A DNA stretch of 63,965 nucleotides, filler included, from an uncultured bacterium (GTDB lineage Bacteria; DAOPZR01), in the NCBI GenBank assembly GCA_964637655.1. It is 10 parts of 10 records of this genome, joined end to end, with 100 filler letters (N's around TTAATTAATTAA, not from the genome) between each part and the next. Parts side by side here need not be neighbours in the genome. Positions count along the whole stretch, not along the records: positions 47,891 to 54,390 come from CAZWUZ010000215.1; positions 54,491 to 60,989 come from CAZWUZ010000216.1; positions 61,090 to 63,965 come from CAZWUZ010000379.1; 7 more parts are not named here. One strand, 5' to 3'. The notes under the pieces were generated by a model, which worked only from the letters and a program-made list of their open reading frames with translations, did not search any database and was not told where the DNA came from. Of the stretch, positions 52,667 through 63,965 are shown piece by piece; the first letter of the stretch is position 1; each line of letters begins with the position of its first letter. Position numbers and translations under genes: made by a program.

Positions 52667-54390
52667 ATGGCACAGTACCGGACACAGTATTGCGGCACGG
52701 TGACGAAAGCGGCATTGGGACAGACGGTGCGCCTCGCGGGGTGGGTGAACCGCTACCGCGACCACGGCGGCCTGATTTTCATCGACCTGCGCGACCGCAC
52801 GGGCATCGTGCAGCTGGTGTTCAACCCGCAGACGAACGCGGAGCTGCACGCGCAGGCGCACAAGCTGCGCGGCGAGGATGTGATCAGCGTGGCGGGGGCG
52901 GTCATCGCCCGCTCACCCGAGACGGTCAACCCGAAACTCCCGACGGGGGAGATTGAAGTGGCGGTGACGGAACTGCAGGTGCTGAACCGCGCGCAGACGC
53001 CCCCGTTCTTCCCCGCGGACGACGACATCGTGGTGGGCGAGGACGTGCGCCTGAAGTACCGCTACCTCGACCTGCGCACGGCGCGCATGACGCGCAACCT
53101 GCGCGCGCGCCATCGCGCCTCGACGCTGCTGCGCAATTACTTCGACGCGCAGGGCTTCTGGGAAGTGGAAACGCCGATGCTGACGCGCAGCACCCCCGAG
53201 GGGGCGCGCGACTACCTCGTCCCGTCGCGGCTCTACGCGGGCAGATTCTTTGCGCTGCCGCAGTCGCCGCAGCAGCTCAAGCAGATCCTGATGATGGGCG
53301 GGGTGGACCGCTACTACCAGGTGGCGCGCTGCTTCCGCGACGAGGACCTGCGCGCCGACCGCCAGCCCGAGTTCACGCAGATCGATCTCGAGATGTCATT
53401 CGCGGACGAGGATGATGTGCTGACCGTGGTCGAGGGGGCGGTGGCGCAGCTGGTGCAGGAAATCGCCGGGGTCGCGGTGCCGCTGCCGCTGGCGCGCGTC
53501 ACGTACGACGAGGTGATGGCAAACTACGGCTGCGACAAGCCCGACCTGCGCTCGCCGCTGGTACTGACCCCGGTGGAGAGCATCTTCGCGGGGACAACGT
53601 TCAAGGTGTTTCGCGCGGTGCTCGACGGCAAGGGGCTGATCAAAGCGCTGCGCGTGCCGGGCGGCGGGAAACTGTCGCGCAAGGATATCGACCTGCTGAC
53701 CGCGGGTGCGGGCGAGCACGGGGCGAAGGGCCTGGCGTGGATGAAGGTGACGGACGCCGGGTTCGAGTCGTCCATCGTGAAGTTCTTCACGCCCGAGGAA
53801 CTGGCGGGGGTGAAGAGCGCGACAGGGGCGCAGGCGGGCGACATCATCTTCTTCGTCGCTGACGCGCCCGGCGTGGTCAACGCCGCGCTGGCCTGGCTGC
53901 GCGTGAAGGTGGCGCGCGACCTCGGGCTGTTCGACGAAAAGGCGTTCCGCCTGCTCTGGGTGGTCGATTTCCCGCAGTTCGAGTACTCGGCGGAGGACAA
54001 GCGTTTCGTCGCCATGCATCATCCGTTCACGCAGCCGCAGGCGGCGACCGCGCACTTCCTGTCGAGCGATCCGGGGAAGGTGCGGGCGCGCGCCTATGAC
54101 ATCGTCATGAACGGCACGGAGATCGGCGGCGGCAGCATCCGTATCCACCAGCCGGAGCAGCAGCGGGAGATGTTCGCCGCGCTCGGGCTGACCGAGGAGC
54201 AGGTGCAGGAGAAGTTCAGCTACTTCATCGAGGCGCTGGCCTACGGCACGCCGCCGCACGGCGGCCTGGCGCTCGGGCTCGACCGGCTGCTGATGCTGCT
54301 GCTCGGCGAGGGGTCGATCCGCGACGTCATCCCCTTCCCCAAGACGCAGCGCGCGGTCTGCCCGCTGCCCAACGCCCCGGGGACGGTGGC
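52667..54390 (+). CDS. aspS: Aspartate-tRNA ligase, 3' end truncated
   Basis: [39 protein letters not shown]. Confidence 0.98.
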
Positions 54391-54490
54391 NNNNNNNNNN
54401 NNNNNNNNNNNNNNNNNNNNNNNNNNNNNNNNNNTTAATTAATTAANNNNNNNNNNNNNNNNNNNNNNNNNNNNNNNNNNNNNNNNNNNN

Positions 54491-55046
54491 CCCCGCCGGC
54501 GCGCCGGATCAGGGCAATGGCCTGCGCCGCGGTCAGCACCGCCTTGGGCACAAACGCCGGCCCGTCACGCCCGATCAACCGCTCGAACGCCTCGTGGATG
54601 CTGCCGACCACCCCGCGGTCGTGCAGGAAGCGCGCCAGATGCGGACGGCCGATGGCGCCACCGTTGGCGCGCGCCCAGAGTTCGTCGACGGGCACGGCGA
54701 TGCCGAGTTCGCCGAGTTTGGCCACCATCAGTTGCATGCGCGCTTCGCGCGCCTCGCGCAGCTGCAGCAGCGCCGCCACCAGTTCCGCGTTGTTACCGTC
54801 GACGTAGTAGCCGAGGATATGCTGCTGCCCGCGCACGGTCTGCGTGCTCAGTTCGATGGCGGGGACGATTTCGATGCCGTGCCGCACCCCCGCCTCGACC
54901 GCGTCAGGAAAGCCGCGTACCGTGTCGTGGTCACTGAGTCCGAGGGCGGTAAAGCCGAGGTCCTTCGCGCGCTGCACCGCCGCCTCGGGCGTATAACTCC
55001 CGTCGGAATAGACCGTATGCACGTGGAGGTCGGCGTAGCGTTCCAT
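54491..55046 (-). CDS. PHP domain phosphoesterase (TrpH/YciV-like), 3' truncated
   Basis: DLHVHT.YSDG, SDHDT, HILGY, GRPHLA. Confidence 0.92.
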
Positions 55047-55144
55047 GAGCGGCCATCATACCGCCGCCCGCGCCGGTTGTCAACCGCCCCGGGTGCGGCA
55101 GGGCGGATGCGCGACAGGGGCAAATCTGCTATACTGAAAGCATC

Positions 55145-55741
55145 ATGCTGGCCCAGTTTCAGCGCCTTGGTGCCGAACTGCTGCAGTTCGGCATCAACGC
55201 CTCACACTCCGGGAATATCAGCGTTCGCGCCGGCGACCGCGTGGTCATCACGCGCAGCGGGTCGATGCTGTCGCAGCTCGCCGCGGGCGACCTGGTCGAG
55301 GTGTCGCTGAGCGGCGACGAGGTGGGCGCCGCATCACGCGAACTGGTGGTGCATCGTGCCATCTACCGCGGGACCAACGCGCGCGCCATCCTGCACGTGC
55401 ACCCCCCGTGCACGACCATGCTCTCGCTTATCGACGACGAGATCATCCCGCTCGATTCCGAGGCCTTCCACTTCCTCAAGGCGGTGCCGGTGCTGCGCTG
55501 CAAAGAGACCATCGGCTCGCCCGAAGTGGCGGAGAAACTGCCGCCGGTGCTCGCCCGCCACGGGAAGATTGCCGTACTCGCCACGCACGGCAGTTTCGCC
55601 ATCGGCGACTGTCTCGAAGACGCCTACTTGTGGACAACGACGCTCGAACGCGCCGCCCACCTCATCTACCTGACCAAAACCTTCGACGCCGGCGCCTACC
55701 AGCGGGCGCGCCGGCTCATGCAGCAGAAACTGCGCCGGTAG
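55145..55741 (+). CDS. Class II aldolase/adducin family protein
   Basis: SGNISVR, ASRELVVH, LHVHP, THGS. Confidence 0.9.
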   Translation: MLAQFQRLGAELLQFGINASHSGNISVRAGDRVVITRSGSMLSQLAAGDLVEVSLSGDEVGAASRELVVHRAIYRGTNARAILHVHPPCTTMLSLIDDEIIPLDSEAFHFLKAVPVLRCKETIGSPEVAEKLPPVLARHGKIAVLATHGSFAIGDCLEDAYLWTTTLERAAHLIYLTKTFDAGAYQRARRLMQQKLRR

Positions 55742-55747
55742 GCACCC

Positions 55748-57118
55748 GTGCTGCGCGAACCGTGGGATGTCACCCCGCTGCCGGCGGAACAGCGGACGCG
55801 GGTGGCGGCCTGCTACCCGCGCGCGCTGGCCGACCTGAAAAAGGCGGCCGCGGAAGCCGGGTACCGCAGCACCCCCGTTTATCCCTGCCCCGACGAGGAT
55901 TACACCCACTGTCTCTATTTCCTGCATGTGTCTGCCCCGTTCACCCAGTGGGTCGAGGCCTACCTGCAGCATCTGGCCGCGCTGCCCGATGACCCCACTC
56001 CGGCCGTGACGGCGGAAAGCACGCCGGCCATCGTACTTGCTCCCGCCCCGCGCGGCCTCCCCCTGAAAGGGATTCTCACCGCCGCGGCTGTAGCTGCCTG
56101 CCTGCTGCTCGCCTTCGCCTACTGGCACGGCTGGCTCGAGACGGGCGCCAGTGCAGGGCAGCGCGCCGCACTCACCGGCTTCCACACCAGCCTTGCCGGA
56201 GCGCTGGCGGCACCTGAGCGGGAACCGGCTGACGGCGGGTCAGCGGTCCCGGCGACAGCACCCGACCGGCCCGCACGCCCGGAACCGGCACCGGTCGCAC
56301 CGGAACCGGAACCGGTTCCCGCGCCGGCATCGGCCGTCGTCACCGGCAATGCCCGGCTGACCCTCTGGGTGGTTGATGTCGGGCAGGGGGACGGGCTCAT
56401 CCTGCGCTATCCCAACGGCGCCTTTGTCGTCGTCGATGCCAACCGCAATGCCGCGCCGAAAATGCGGGAGATTCTCACCGCCGAAGGGTGCAGCCGCCTG
56501 GCGGCCATGGTCATGACCCACGCGCACAGCGACCATCTCGGCGACCTGGCCGACCTGCTGCCGCGCTACCGCACCGCGCAGTTCCTCGACCCGGCCTTCC
56601 CGCATACCAGCAGCGGCTACCGCCGCCTGCTCGAAGCGGTGCGCCGGGCCAGTGTCCCCTACGTCACCCCACAGTCCGGGCAGCAGTTCGCCTGGGACCC
56701 GCGCGTGCGCACCACCGTACTCTCCGCCGGCTGCCCGCCGAATGACGACAACATCAACAACTCCTCCATCGTGCTCCACCTGCAGTTCGGCAGCACCACG
56801 TTCCTGCTCATGGGCGATGCGGAAACCCCCGTTGAAAACGTGCTGCTCGCCCGCTATCCCGGACGTCTGCGCGCCGATGTGCTCAAGGCGGGGCATCACG
56901 GGTCGGCCACCTCGTCGAGCGCGCCCTTCCTCGCCGCCGTGCAGCCGCGTCACGCGGTCATCTCCTGCGGCGAAGGCAACTCCTTTGGCCACCCGCACGA
57001 CAAGACCCTGCGCGCACTCGCTGCTGCCGGCACAACGGTCTGGCGCACCGACCGCCACAGCACGGTCATGGCCGTCAGCGACGGCACCCGCGTCGCCATC
57101 ACCCCCGCCCGCCCCTGA
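55748..57118 (+). CDS. ComEC/Rec2-like MBL-fold hydrolase with N-terminal extension and TM
   Basis: DVGQGDG, THAHSDHLG, NNSSIV, MGDAE, KAGHHGS, FGHPH. Confidence 0.88.
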   Translation: MLREPWDVTPLPAEQRTRVAACYPRALADLKKAAAEAGYRSTPVYPCPDEDYTHCLYFLHVSAPFTQWVEAYLQHLAALPDDPTPAVTAESTPAIVLAPAPRGLPLKGILTAAAVAACLLLAFAYWHGWLETGASAGQRAALTGFHTSLAGALAAPEREPADGGSAVPATAPDRPARPEPAPVAPEPEPVPAPASAVVTGNARLTLWVVDVGQGDGLILRYPNGAFVVVDANRNAAPKMREILTAEGCSRLAAMVMTHAHSDHLGDLADLLPRYRTAQFLDPAFPHTSSGYRRLLEAVRRASVPYVTPQSGQQFAWDPRVRTTVLSAGCPPNDDNINNSSIVLHLQFGSTTFLLMGDAETPVENVLLARYPGRLRADVLKAGHHGSATSSSAPFLAAVQPRHAVISCGEGNSFGHPHDKTLRALAAAGTTVWRTDRHSTVMAVSDGTRVAITPARP

Positions 57119-57162
57119 CCAGCCGGCCGCACCGGAGCAGCCAGGCAAAAAGCAATTGTTTG

Positions 57163-57349
57163 ACCACGGAGTACGCGGAGCGCACGGAGAAAACCGCAAC
57201 GACGTTCACCGCAGAGCACACAGAGCACGCAGAGGAAAACCGGAGAACAGCGTGGGAAGCTGGCCCTGCGGGCGGCATCACGCCACAGACACAACAGCAA
57301 TGTTCTCAGCTGACCGCAGACGCTCCGTGTACTCCGTGTGCTCAGTGGT
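57163..57349. repeat. Cluster of three CAC-GGAG 9-mer tandem elements (two direct, one inverted)
   Basis: 57163-57189, 57203-57234 and inverted 57323-57349, between convergent genes. Confidence 0.75.
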
Positions 57350-57419
57350 AGAATGGTTTGCTGTGGCGGAATTTGCTTGTGGCGGAAACGGAGGGAGAAA
57401 TCGCTCCCGGGGTGGCGGG

Positions 57420-59858
57420 TCAGCGGATGATGGCGACCGGCAGCACCGCGATGGCGCCGTTCGCCTCAATTGCAATCAGGTAGATCCCGCTCGCCACCTC
57501 GGCCCCGCGCCCGTTGCGCGCGTCCCACACCGCCGTCCCGGTGCCGCTGATGCCGCTCACTTCCGCCACCTGCTGGCCGGCCACATCGTAGATGGTGATG
57601 CGCGCAGCGTTGGGCAGGTTGGTGAGGCGAATCCCGGTCATGCCGGCAACATTGCCGTCATAGGGCATGCCCGTCGCCGGGTTGCCGTCGAACGGCTTGT
57701 AGGGATTGGGAAAGACGCGCAGCAGCGACAGGTTGGGGGCCGGCGCGGTCAGGGCGGGAAAAACCCCGTAGAACGACAGGTGGGCAACACGCACGGCAAT
57801 GGTCCCGGCCGTCGCGTCCTGCCGCAGCGCTGCGGGCGTCCCGTCCGGCCATGACAGCGCGAGTCCGGGCACCTGCAGCACATCACGCCAGCGCTCCTGC
57901 TCCCCGTCAAACCAGTAGATGCGCAACGTTGCGGCCAGCGCCGGGGCGCAGGCATAGGTGAAGGTCAGCGTAATGCCGTCATAGGGCGCCGTACTGTCGC
58001 CAACGCTGTTGCCGTTGGTATCGTACACGGTCAACGCCAGCAGCGGCGCGGTCGTCGAATCGGGCGCGCCCGCCTCGCCGCGGTTGCCGCTCCCCAGCAG
58101 CAGCGCATACTCCGCCGCCGTCGGATAGCGCACCCCCAGCAGCTGGCCCGCGGCGGGCGTCGTCCAGTCGACGGTCACCGTCAGCGTGCCGCCGGCAATA
58201 CCGAGGTGTGCGGTCAGCGTGTCCGTCGCCCCCTGCGGGATGGCCACCATGCTGTCGGCGGCAAGCGCGACGGTCACTACCGCCGAATCGCCCGCCGGCG
58301 CAGCCACCGGGCGGTCACTGAAATAGAGGCCGAAGACCAGCAGTCCGCTGTTGCCCGCGCTGTCGGCAGCTGCCAGCGTGCAGGTATTGATGCCGCGGGC
58401 CAGCGTCAGCGTACCGGCAAAACTCCCGTCCGCCGCGACCGCCAGCGTGGAATCGCCCGCCACCGTGCGCAGGGTGACCAGCACCGGCGTATCGAGTTCG
58501 TCACGCACCACGCCACGCAGTTGCTGCACCGCCGACGTGCACAGGCCCGGGGCCGGGGTCAGCAGGGTCAGCACCGGCATCGAGGTATCGGCTGAGAGAA
58601 AGTCGACAAACGCCGTATCACCGGCAAACGCAATGTTCACGATACGCAGGCCGCCCGGCAGGCCATCGTTGCGCCGCAGCGACGGGGTCGTCGTGTCGCT
58701 CAGGAAGGTCTTGCCCGTGGTGCCCGGAAACGGGTCCCCCCCGTCGTCCCACACGCTCTCGGTGCCATCCGCTTCGAGCAGTTCCACCCGCCGCGGCACA
58801 CCCGCATTGAGGTTGTTGAGCGACAGCGAACCGATGCGGTCGTCACAGTGCCAGACCAGCAGCCCCTCGTTCGGCAACCACGCATCGTAACCGCGCTGCT
58901 GCCGGTTCTCGACGAGAATATACTCACTGTCCCCGAGCACCAGTTTGACTGCCGCCGGGGTATCGCTCCACGGGCCGAGCGCATGACCCGGCGCATCCTG
59001 CCGCCACAGGGTGAGCGGGTCAAGCCACCCGAGGAAAAGTTTGCCCCATGCCGACGGATGCGCGGGGATACTGCCGGGCGTGATACCGTTCCACATCCCC
59101 TGGTCCATCAGTTCCCATTCGCCGGCCACCGGGGTGCCGGTGGCGGTGTTGTAGAGGTCAGGGAGTCCCAGCGCATGCCCGAATTCGTGCGCCCATAACC
59201 CGAGCGGCGAATCCTCCGCCACGAGGATGTACTGGCTGGCCGTCACCCCGTCGACCACCACCCCGCCCGGAATGGTGCCGCTATGCGAAAAGATGTCGCC
59301 GGCCGCCCAGGTCAGTTCCTCGCCGCTCCCCGCATGAACAATGACCAGATAGTCAAGCGTGCCGTCGGCATCGACATCATAGGGAGAGAAATCGAACCCG
59401 GCGGCATCCGCCAGCAGCACCGCCTCCTGCGCCAGGCCGGCAATAGCCGCGTTGGCGTCGTCGAGACCGCCGGCGCTGTTGGCGCCCCAGTACGCTTTCG
59501 TCTGCGCCGAACGCAGCCAGTTCGTCGACACGGTGCCGGTCAGCGACAGCTGCCCGTAAGAGGCCTCACGCCAGTAGTGGTTGAGCGCACCGGCAGCGGT
59601 CCCGAAGGCGAGGTTTTCATAAAAGGCCTGCGTATGCCCGCCGTCGCCGGCAGCGTCGGCAAAATCGATGCGCAGCACCGCCACGCGCGCGACTCCCGCC
59701 GGCGCGGGTGCGTAGCGCACCGCTTCCGCCCGGTCGCGCTGCCCGGACGGCAGTGCGTCCGCGGTCGCGCGGTCGCGCGGGGTGCGCGGCAGATAACGCG
59801 GCGCCGCGGTAGCCACCGTCGTGGCGGCCAGCAGCAGCAGCGTCAACAGCAGGCGCAT
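57420..59858 (-). CDS. M6 (immune inhibitor A) metalloprotease with FlgD-Ig/T9SS-like C-terminal domain
   Basis: Signal peptide; HAGSGEE, AHEFGHALGLPDLY, WELM, VENRQ; C-terminus VFPNPY...IYDVAG...WDARN...ASGIY...VAIIR. Confidence 0.9.
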   Translation of the reverse strand: MRLLLTLLLLAATTVATAAPRYLPRTPRDRATADALPSGQRDRAEAVRYAPAPAGVARVAVLRIDFADAAGDGGHTQAFYENLAFGTAAGALNHYWREASYGQLSLTGTVSTNWLRSAQTKAYWGANSAGGLDDANAAIAGLAQEAVLLADAAGFDFSPYDVDADGTLDYLVIVHAGSGEELTWAAGDIFSHSGTIPGGVVVDGVTASQYILVAEDSPLGLWAHEFGHALGLPDLYNTATGTPVAGEWELMDQGMWNGITPGSIPAHPSAWGKLFLGWLDPLTLWRQDAPGHALGPWSDTPAAVKLVLGDSEYILVENRQQRGYDAWLPNEGLLVWHCDDRIGSLSLNNLNAGVPRRVELLEADGTESVWDDGGDPFPGTTGKTFLSDTTTPSLRRNDGLPGGLRIVNIAFAGDTAFVDFLSADTSMPVLTLLTPAPGLCTSAVQQLRGVVRDELDTPVLVTLRTVAGDSTLAVAADGSFAGTLTLARGINTCTLAAADSAGNSGLLVFGLYFSDRPVAAPAGDSAVVTVALAADSMVAIPQGATDTLTAHLGIAGGTLTVTVDWTTPAAGQLLGVRYPTAAEYALLLGSGNRGEAGAPDSTTAPLLALTVYDTNGNSVGDSTAPYDGITLTFTYACAPALAATLRIYWFDGEQERWRDVLQVPGLALSWPDGTPAALRQDATAGTIAVRVAHLSFYGVFPALTAPAPNLSLLRVFPNPYKPFDGNPATGMPYDGNVAGMTGIRLTNLPNAARITIYDVAGQQVAEVSGISGTGTAVWDARNGRGAEVASGIYLIAIEANGAIAVLPVAIIR

Positions 59859-59859
59859 G

Positions 59860-60429
59860 TCAGCGCACCAGCGCGCGCAGCGGTGCGAACAGCGGGTCGA
59901 ACGGCCCGCGCAAAGCCGCGGGAATCTCCGGCAGCTGCACCATGAGCACCAGCAGCGCCGCCCCCGCCGACACAAAATAGGCGCTGACCGTCAGCCAGGC
60001 CGCGTGCCGCCAGGTAAGCGCCCCGTAATGACGCAGGCGCGTGACGATCAGCCACAACTGCCAGCCCGCCGCCACCCAGCGCAGGTGCGGTACGGCAGCG
60101 ACGAGCAGGCAGGGGGTGCTCGCCGCGAGGATGCGCGCGGCCAGCGACAGCGGCATACGGCGTCCGCTCCCCGCCGCCAGCAGCAGGGCCAGCAGCAGGA
60201 ACTGCGCGAGCGCCACCGGGTAGGTGTACAGCGGACTGACGTCATAGGTGAGCCAGCGCGACAGCGACGGCAGCAGCAGAAACGCGGCGGCCAGGGAAAG
60301 CAGCTGCCAGAGCGGGAGGGCCAGCACCGCATCGCTGTGCGGGCCGGGCGCACGGAAGAGGCCGCGCAGCAGCGTGCGCGGCGTCAGCGGCAGCGGCGCG
60401 CGCCCGATGACTGCCGGCGGGCGGGCCAT
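59860..60429 (-). CDS. Hypothetical multi-pass membrane protein (Yip1-like)
   Basis: ATG 60429; about five hydrophobic segments; coupled to neighbours. Confidence 0.6.
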   Translation of the reverse strand: MARPPAVIGRAPLPLTPRTLLRGLFRAPGPHSDAVLALPLWQLLSLAAAFLLLPSLSRWLTYDVSPLYTYPVALAQFLLLALLLAAGSGRRMPLSLAARILAASTPCLLVAAVPHLRWVAAGWQLWLIVTRLRHYGALTWRHAAWLTVSAYFVSAGAALLVLMVQLPEIPAALRGPFDPLFAPLRALVR

Positions 60430-60433
60430 CAGG

Positions 60434-60989
60434 TTATTCCAGTTCGGGGAAGTAGCCGCGGTACTTCGGGTCGAGATCCTGCGCCTCGAGGTAATGGCGC
60501 TTCGCCGCCTCCGCCTTCCCGTCGCGGAAGAGCAGCAGGGCGAGGTTGAGATGGGCCGACGCGGCATACGGGTCCTGCTGCAGGGCCAGTTCGTACTCGC
60601 GCTGCGCCTGCACGAAATCCTCGCGGATAAGGTAGAGGTTGCCGAGGTTGACATGCACCCCGGGGTAGCGCGGGTTGGCACGCGCCACCTCGGTAAAGTA
60701 GCGCAGCCCCTCGTCGTGGAACGCCGCCTGGCTGTAGAGCAGCCCGGCGTAGAACTTGCGCGCGTTGTCATCGGGGAGTTTGCTCCCCCAGGTGAGAATG
60801 AGCTGGCGGATCTCCTCCTCCTTGTGCGCGCGGTACTGCGCGTCGTCCTGCGCCAGCAGCGCGGCGAAAGTTGCATCGTCATAGGTCGCGCGCTGCGGTT
60901 CGGGGTCGAGCGTCGGCGGCTGGTAGGTGTTCCATGCCTGCGCCGTGTTGAGCAGGGTGACGTTCCCCTTGTCGAACAGCCGCGTGTAC
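60434..60989 (-). CDS. Tetratricopeptide repeat protein, 5' truncated
   Basis: VHVNLGNLY...A..EYELAL..DP..ASAHLNLA repeats. Confidence 0.8.
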
Positions 60990-61089
60990 NNNNNNNNNNN
61001 NNNNNNNNNNNNNNNNNNNNNNNNNNNNNNNNNTTAATTAATTAANNNNNNNNNNNNNNNNNNNNNNNNNNNNNNNNNNNNNNNNNNNN

Positions 61090-63965
61090 GCGCGAGCCGT
61101 TCCGCCTGCTGGCGCACCGCGGCCAGGTCGAGCAGCAGCGCGGTTTCCGCCGGCAGCGGCCCGAACCGCTCGCACAGCTCGTCGCGCAGCGCGGCGAGCG
61201 CGTCCGGTTCCGCGCACTGCGCCAGCCGCTTGTACAGTTTCAGCCGTACCTTTTCGTCCGGGACATACGTTGCCGGCAGCGTGCCGCTCACCGGCAGGCG
61301 CAGCGCCGGCCCGGCCTCCGCGCGGGTCCGCCGTCCCTCGTGGCGGGTCAGTTCGTCCTCGAGCAGCTGCGTGTAGAGCGGGATGCCGACCGCCTCGAGC
61401 AGCCCGTGCTGCTCCTCGCCGAGGACGTTGCCGGCACCGCGGATCTCCATGTCGCGCAGCGCCAGCTGGAACCCCGCGCCCAGCTCGGTGAAGGTTTCGA
61501 TCGCCTCGAGCCGGTCGCGCACGTTCGTCCCCAGTGGCAGGGTGGGCGGGTAGGAGAAAAGGGCGGTGGCGGCGACGGCGGCGCGCCCGACGCGCCCGCG
61601 CAGCTGGTAGAGGTCGGCGAGCCCGAACTGGTGGGCGTCGCGCACGACCAGGGTATTGACCCGCGGCAGGTCGAGTCCCGACTCGACGATGGCGGTGGTG
61701 ACGAGGATGTCATAGTCGCCGGCGAGGAAGGCGGCCATGGTGTCCTCGAGTTCGTCGTCCGGGAGCTGCCCGTGCGCGATGGCGACCCGCGCCTGCGGGT
61801 AGCGCTGCCGCACCTCCGCGGCGCAGCGGTCGAGCCCCTCGATGCGGTTGCGCACGTAGAATACCTGCCCGCCGCGCGCGAGTTCCGCCTCGATGGCGCG
61901 CCGTTCCTCCGCCTCGTCGTAGGGGATGACCTTCGTCGCCACCGCCTGTTTCTGCGGCGGCGGGGTCTCGATGACCGAGATGTCGCGCAGCCCGCTGAGC
62001 GCGAGATTGAGCGTGCGCGGGATGGGCGTGGCGGTCAGCGTGAGCACGTCGACCAGTTCGCGCAGCGCCTTGAGCCGCTCCTTGTGGCGCACCCCGAAGC
62101 GCTGCTCCTCGTCGATGATCACCAGCCCGAGATCGAGGAACCCGACGTCCGCGGAGAGCAGGCGGTGCGTGCCGATGAGCAGGTCGACGTCGCCGCGCTG
62201 CGCCCCGGCCACGGTCTGCCGCTGCTGGCGCGGCGAACGGAAACGCGAGAGCAGCCCGACCGTGAACGGGAAACCGCGCAGCCGGGCGCGGCAGGTCTGG
62301 TAATGCTGCTGGGCGAGCAGCGTGGTCGGGCAGAGGAATACCACCTGTTTGCCGCCGGCCATGACCGCGAAGGCGGCGCGCAGCGCCACCTCGGTTTTGC
62401 CGAATCCGACGTCGCCGCAGACGAGACGGTCCATCGGGCGCGGTGCGGCAAGGTCGCGCGCCACCGCGGCGAAGGCGCGCTCCTGGTCGAACGTCGGGGT
62501 GTGCGGGAAGCCGGCGGCGAAGGCCGCGGCCTCCGGCGTGGCGACCGGGTAGGCGTGACCCGCCTGCGCGAGGCGCGCGGCATGCACGGCCAGCAGCTGC
62601 TGCGCCAGTTCGCGCACGCTCGCGTGCAGGCGCCGCGCGACGTTTCCCCAGCTGCCGCCGCGCATCGGGCTGAGCGCGGGATGCAGTTCGCTGCCGACAT
62701 ACTTGTGGATGAGGTGCAGTTTGTCGACAGGCACGTAGAGGATGTCGCCGCCGGCATAGGCGATGCGCAGGAAGTCGCCACCCTGTTCCGGCATCGGCTG
62801 CAGGCGCTCGAAGCGCCCGATGCCGTACTGCAAATGGACGACGAAGTCGCCCGGCTGCAGGTCGAAGAGCGCGGTGACGGGCGAGGCGTCGTCGGCATGG
62901 CGCCAGGCGCGGCGCGAGGCGGGGCGCTGCGGCGGGCGCACGGGCCGGTAGCAGAGCAGGTCCGCCTCGGTGAAGAGCAGCGCCAGCGGCGACGGCAGTG
63001 CCGCGGGCATGAGGGCGGTGCCCGCCGCGGGCGCATCGGCCGGGAGTGCCGCGCGCGCGGGAAAGCCGCGCTCCGTCAGCGCTGACGCCAGCGCCAGCGG
63101 CTCGCGGTCGGGCGGCACGAAGAGTGCCGCATGCCGCCGTTTCCCCGCGGCCGCGAGCACGTTGTCGGGCAGGCCGGCGCTGTCGGCGGCGAGCAGTTCG
63201 GGGAGCGACCGCACGGGTACAGTGAAACCGCCATGCGCGTCACGGGCCGGCGGCACGAGGTCGAGTGCCGGGCCGGCGTGCAGCCGCGCATACGCGGCGC
63301 TGCTGTCGCCATGATGCGCGGCGAGCAGCGCGGTGAACTCCGCGGGAAAGGGCAGGCCCCGCTGCGCGTCCGCCAGCGCCTGCGCCTGTGCGGCGAGCGT
63401 GCGCTGCAGCGCGGCGGGCTGCCAGACAGCGGTGAGCATGCCGTCGCGTGCCAGCGCGTCCGCGGCGTCGATGGTGAACCCCGCCGCACGCCCGAGCAGG
63501 TCGAGCAGCGGCATCTCGCGCCCCGCGGCCAGCGCCTCCTTGAGCGGGGCGAAGACCGGGGTGCGGAACGGGCGCAGCAGCGCGGCGAGTTTCTCCCGGT
63601 GCGCCTCCGTCAGCGCGAAGGCGCGCCGCGGGGCGATGGTCGCCGCGTCGGTGCGCCGCACCGCCATCTGGCTGACCGGGTCGAAGAGCCGCAGGTCCTC
63701 GAGCCGGTCGCCGGCGAAATCGAGCCGGCAGGGGAGCGCGTCGCCGGCCGGCCAGACGTCGACCAGCCCGCCGCGCACGGCGCAGTCGCCGCCCGCGCGC
63801 ACGCTGCCGACCGCGCTGTAGCCGAGCGCGCCGAGGCGCGCGCGCAGTTCGTCGCGCCGGATGCTGTCGCCGCGGCGCAGCGACAGCGGCTGCCCGCTGC
63901 CGGCGCGGTCGGGATAACTCGCGGCGAGCGCGGCCGCGTCAGCGATGAGAATGCCCGCGGTGACG
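61090..63965 (-). CDS. mfd: Transcription-repair coupling factor, partial
   Basis: GDFVVHLQYGIG, CGDVGFGKTEVA, IIDEEQRFGV, TATPIPRT, QLRGRVGR, RDMEIRGAGN. Confidence 0.96.

Overview
This window is not one locus. It holds ten ~6.5-6.9 kb contigs of a GC-rich bacterial draft genome or MAG, sorted by length and joined by artificial 100-nt N/TTAATTAATTAA/N linkers, so adjacency across linkers is meaningless. Most contigs carry housekeeping genes (rplKAJL-rpoBC, metK-hisS-aspS, rplY-pth-holA, smpB/tRNA-Leu, mfd, cdd, a cyclic beta-1,2-glucan synthase, polysaccharide genes). Two accessory loci stand out. (1) 3722-5136: a self-contained three-gene operon with its own sigma70 promoter. It encodes two paralogous short peptides with a double-glycine leader motif (ELDAVAGG) and a shared Cys-free core (PTExEPFLPGxY), followed by a SelO-like pseudokinase; this is a candidate undescribed RiPP system. 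(2) 20869-24663: an AT-richer integron cassette array (two 65-bp attC sites, an attI-like site and a Pc-like promoter) with no adjacent integrase. In the divergent position where intI normally lies there is a solo retron: promoter, hairpin-rich msr/msd-like RNA, and an RT whose frame is broken by one in-frame TAG just before the VTG motif. An intI 3' fragment lies on a different contig. Several contig starts look chimeric. All calls come from reading motifs by eye; no searches were run.
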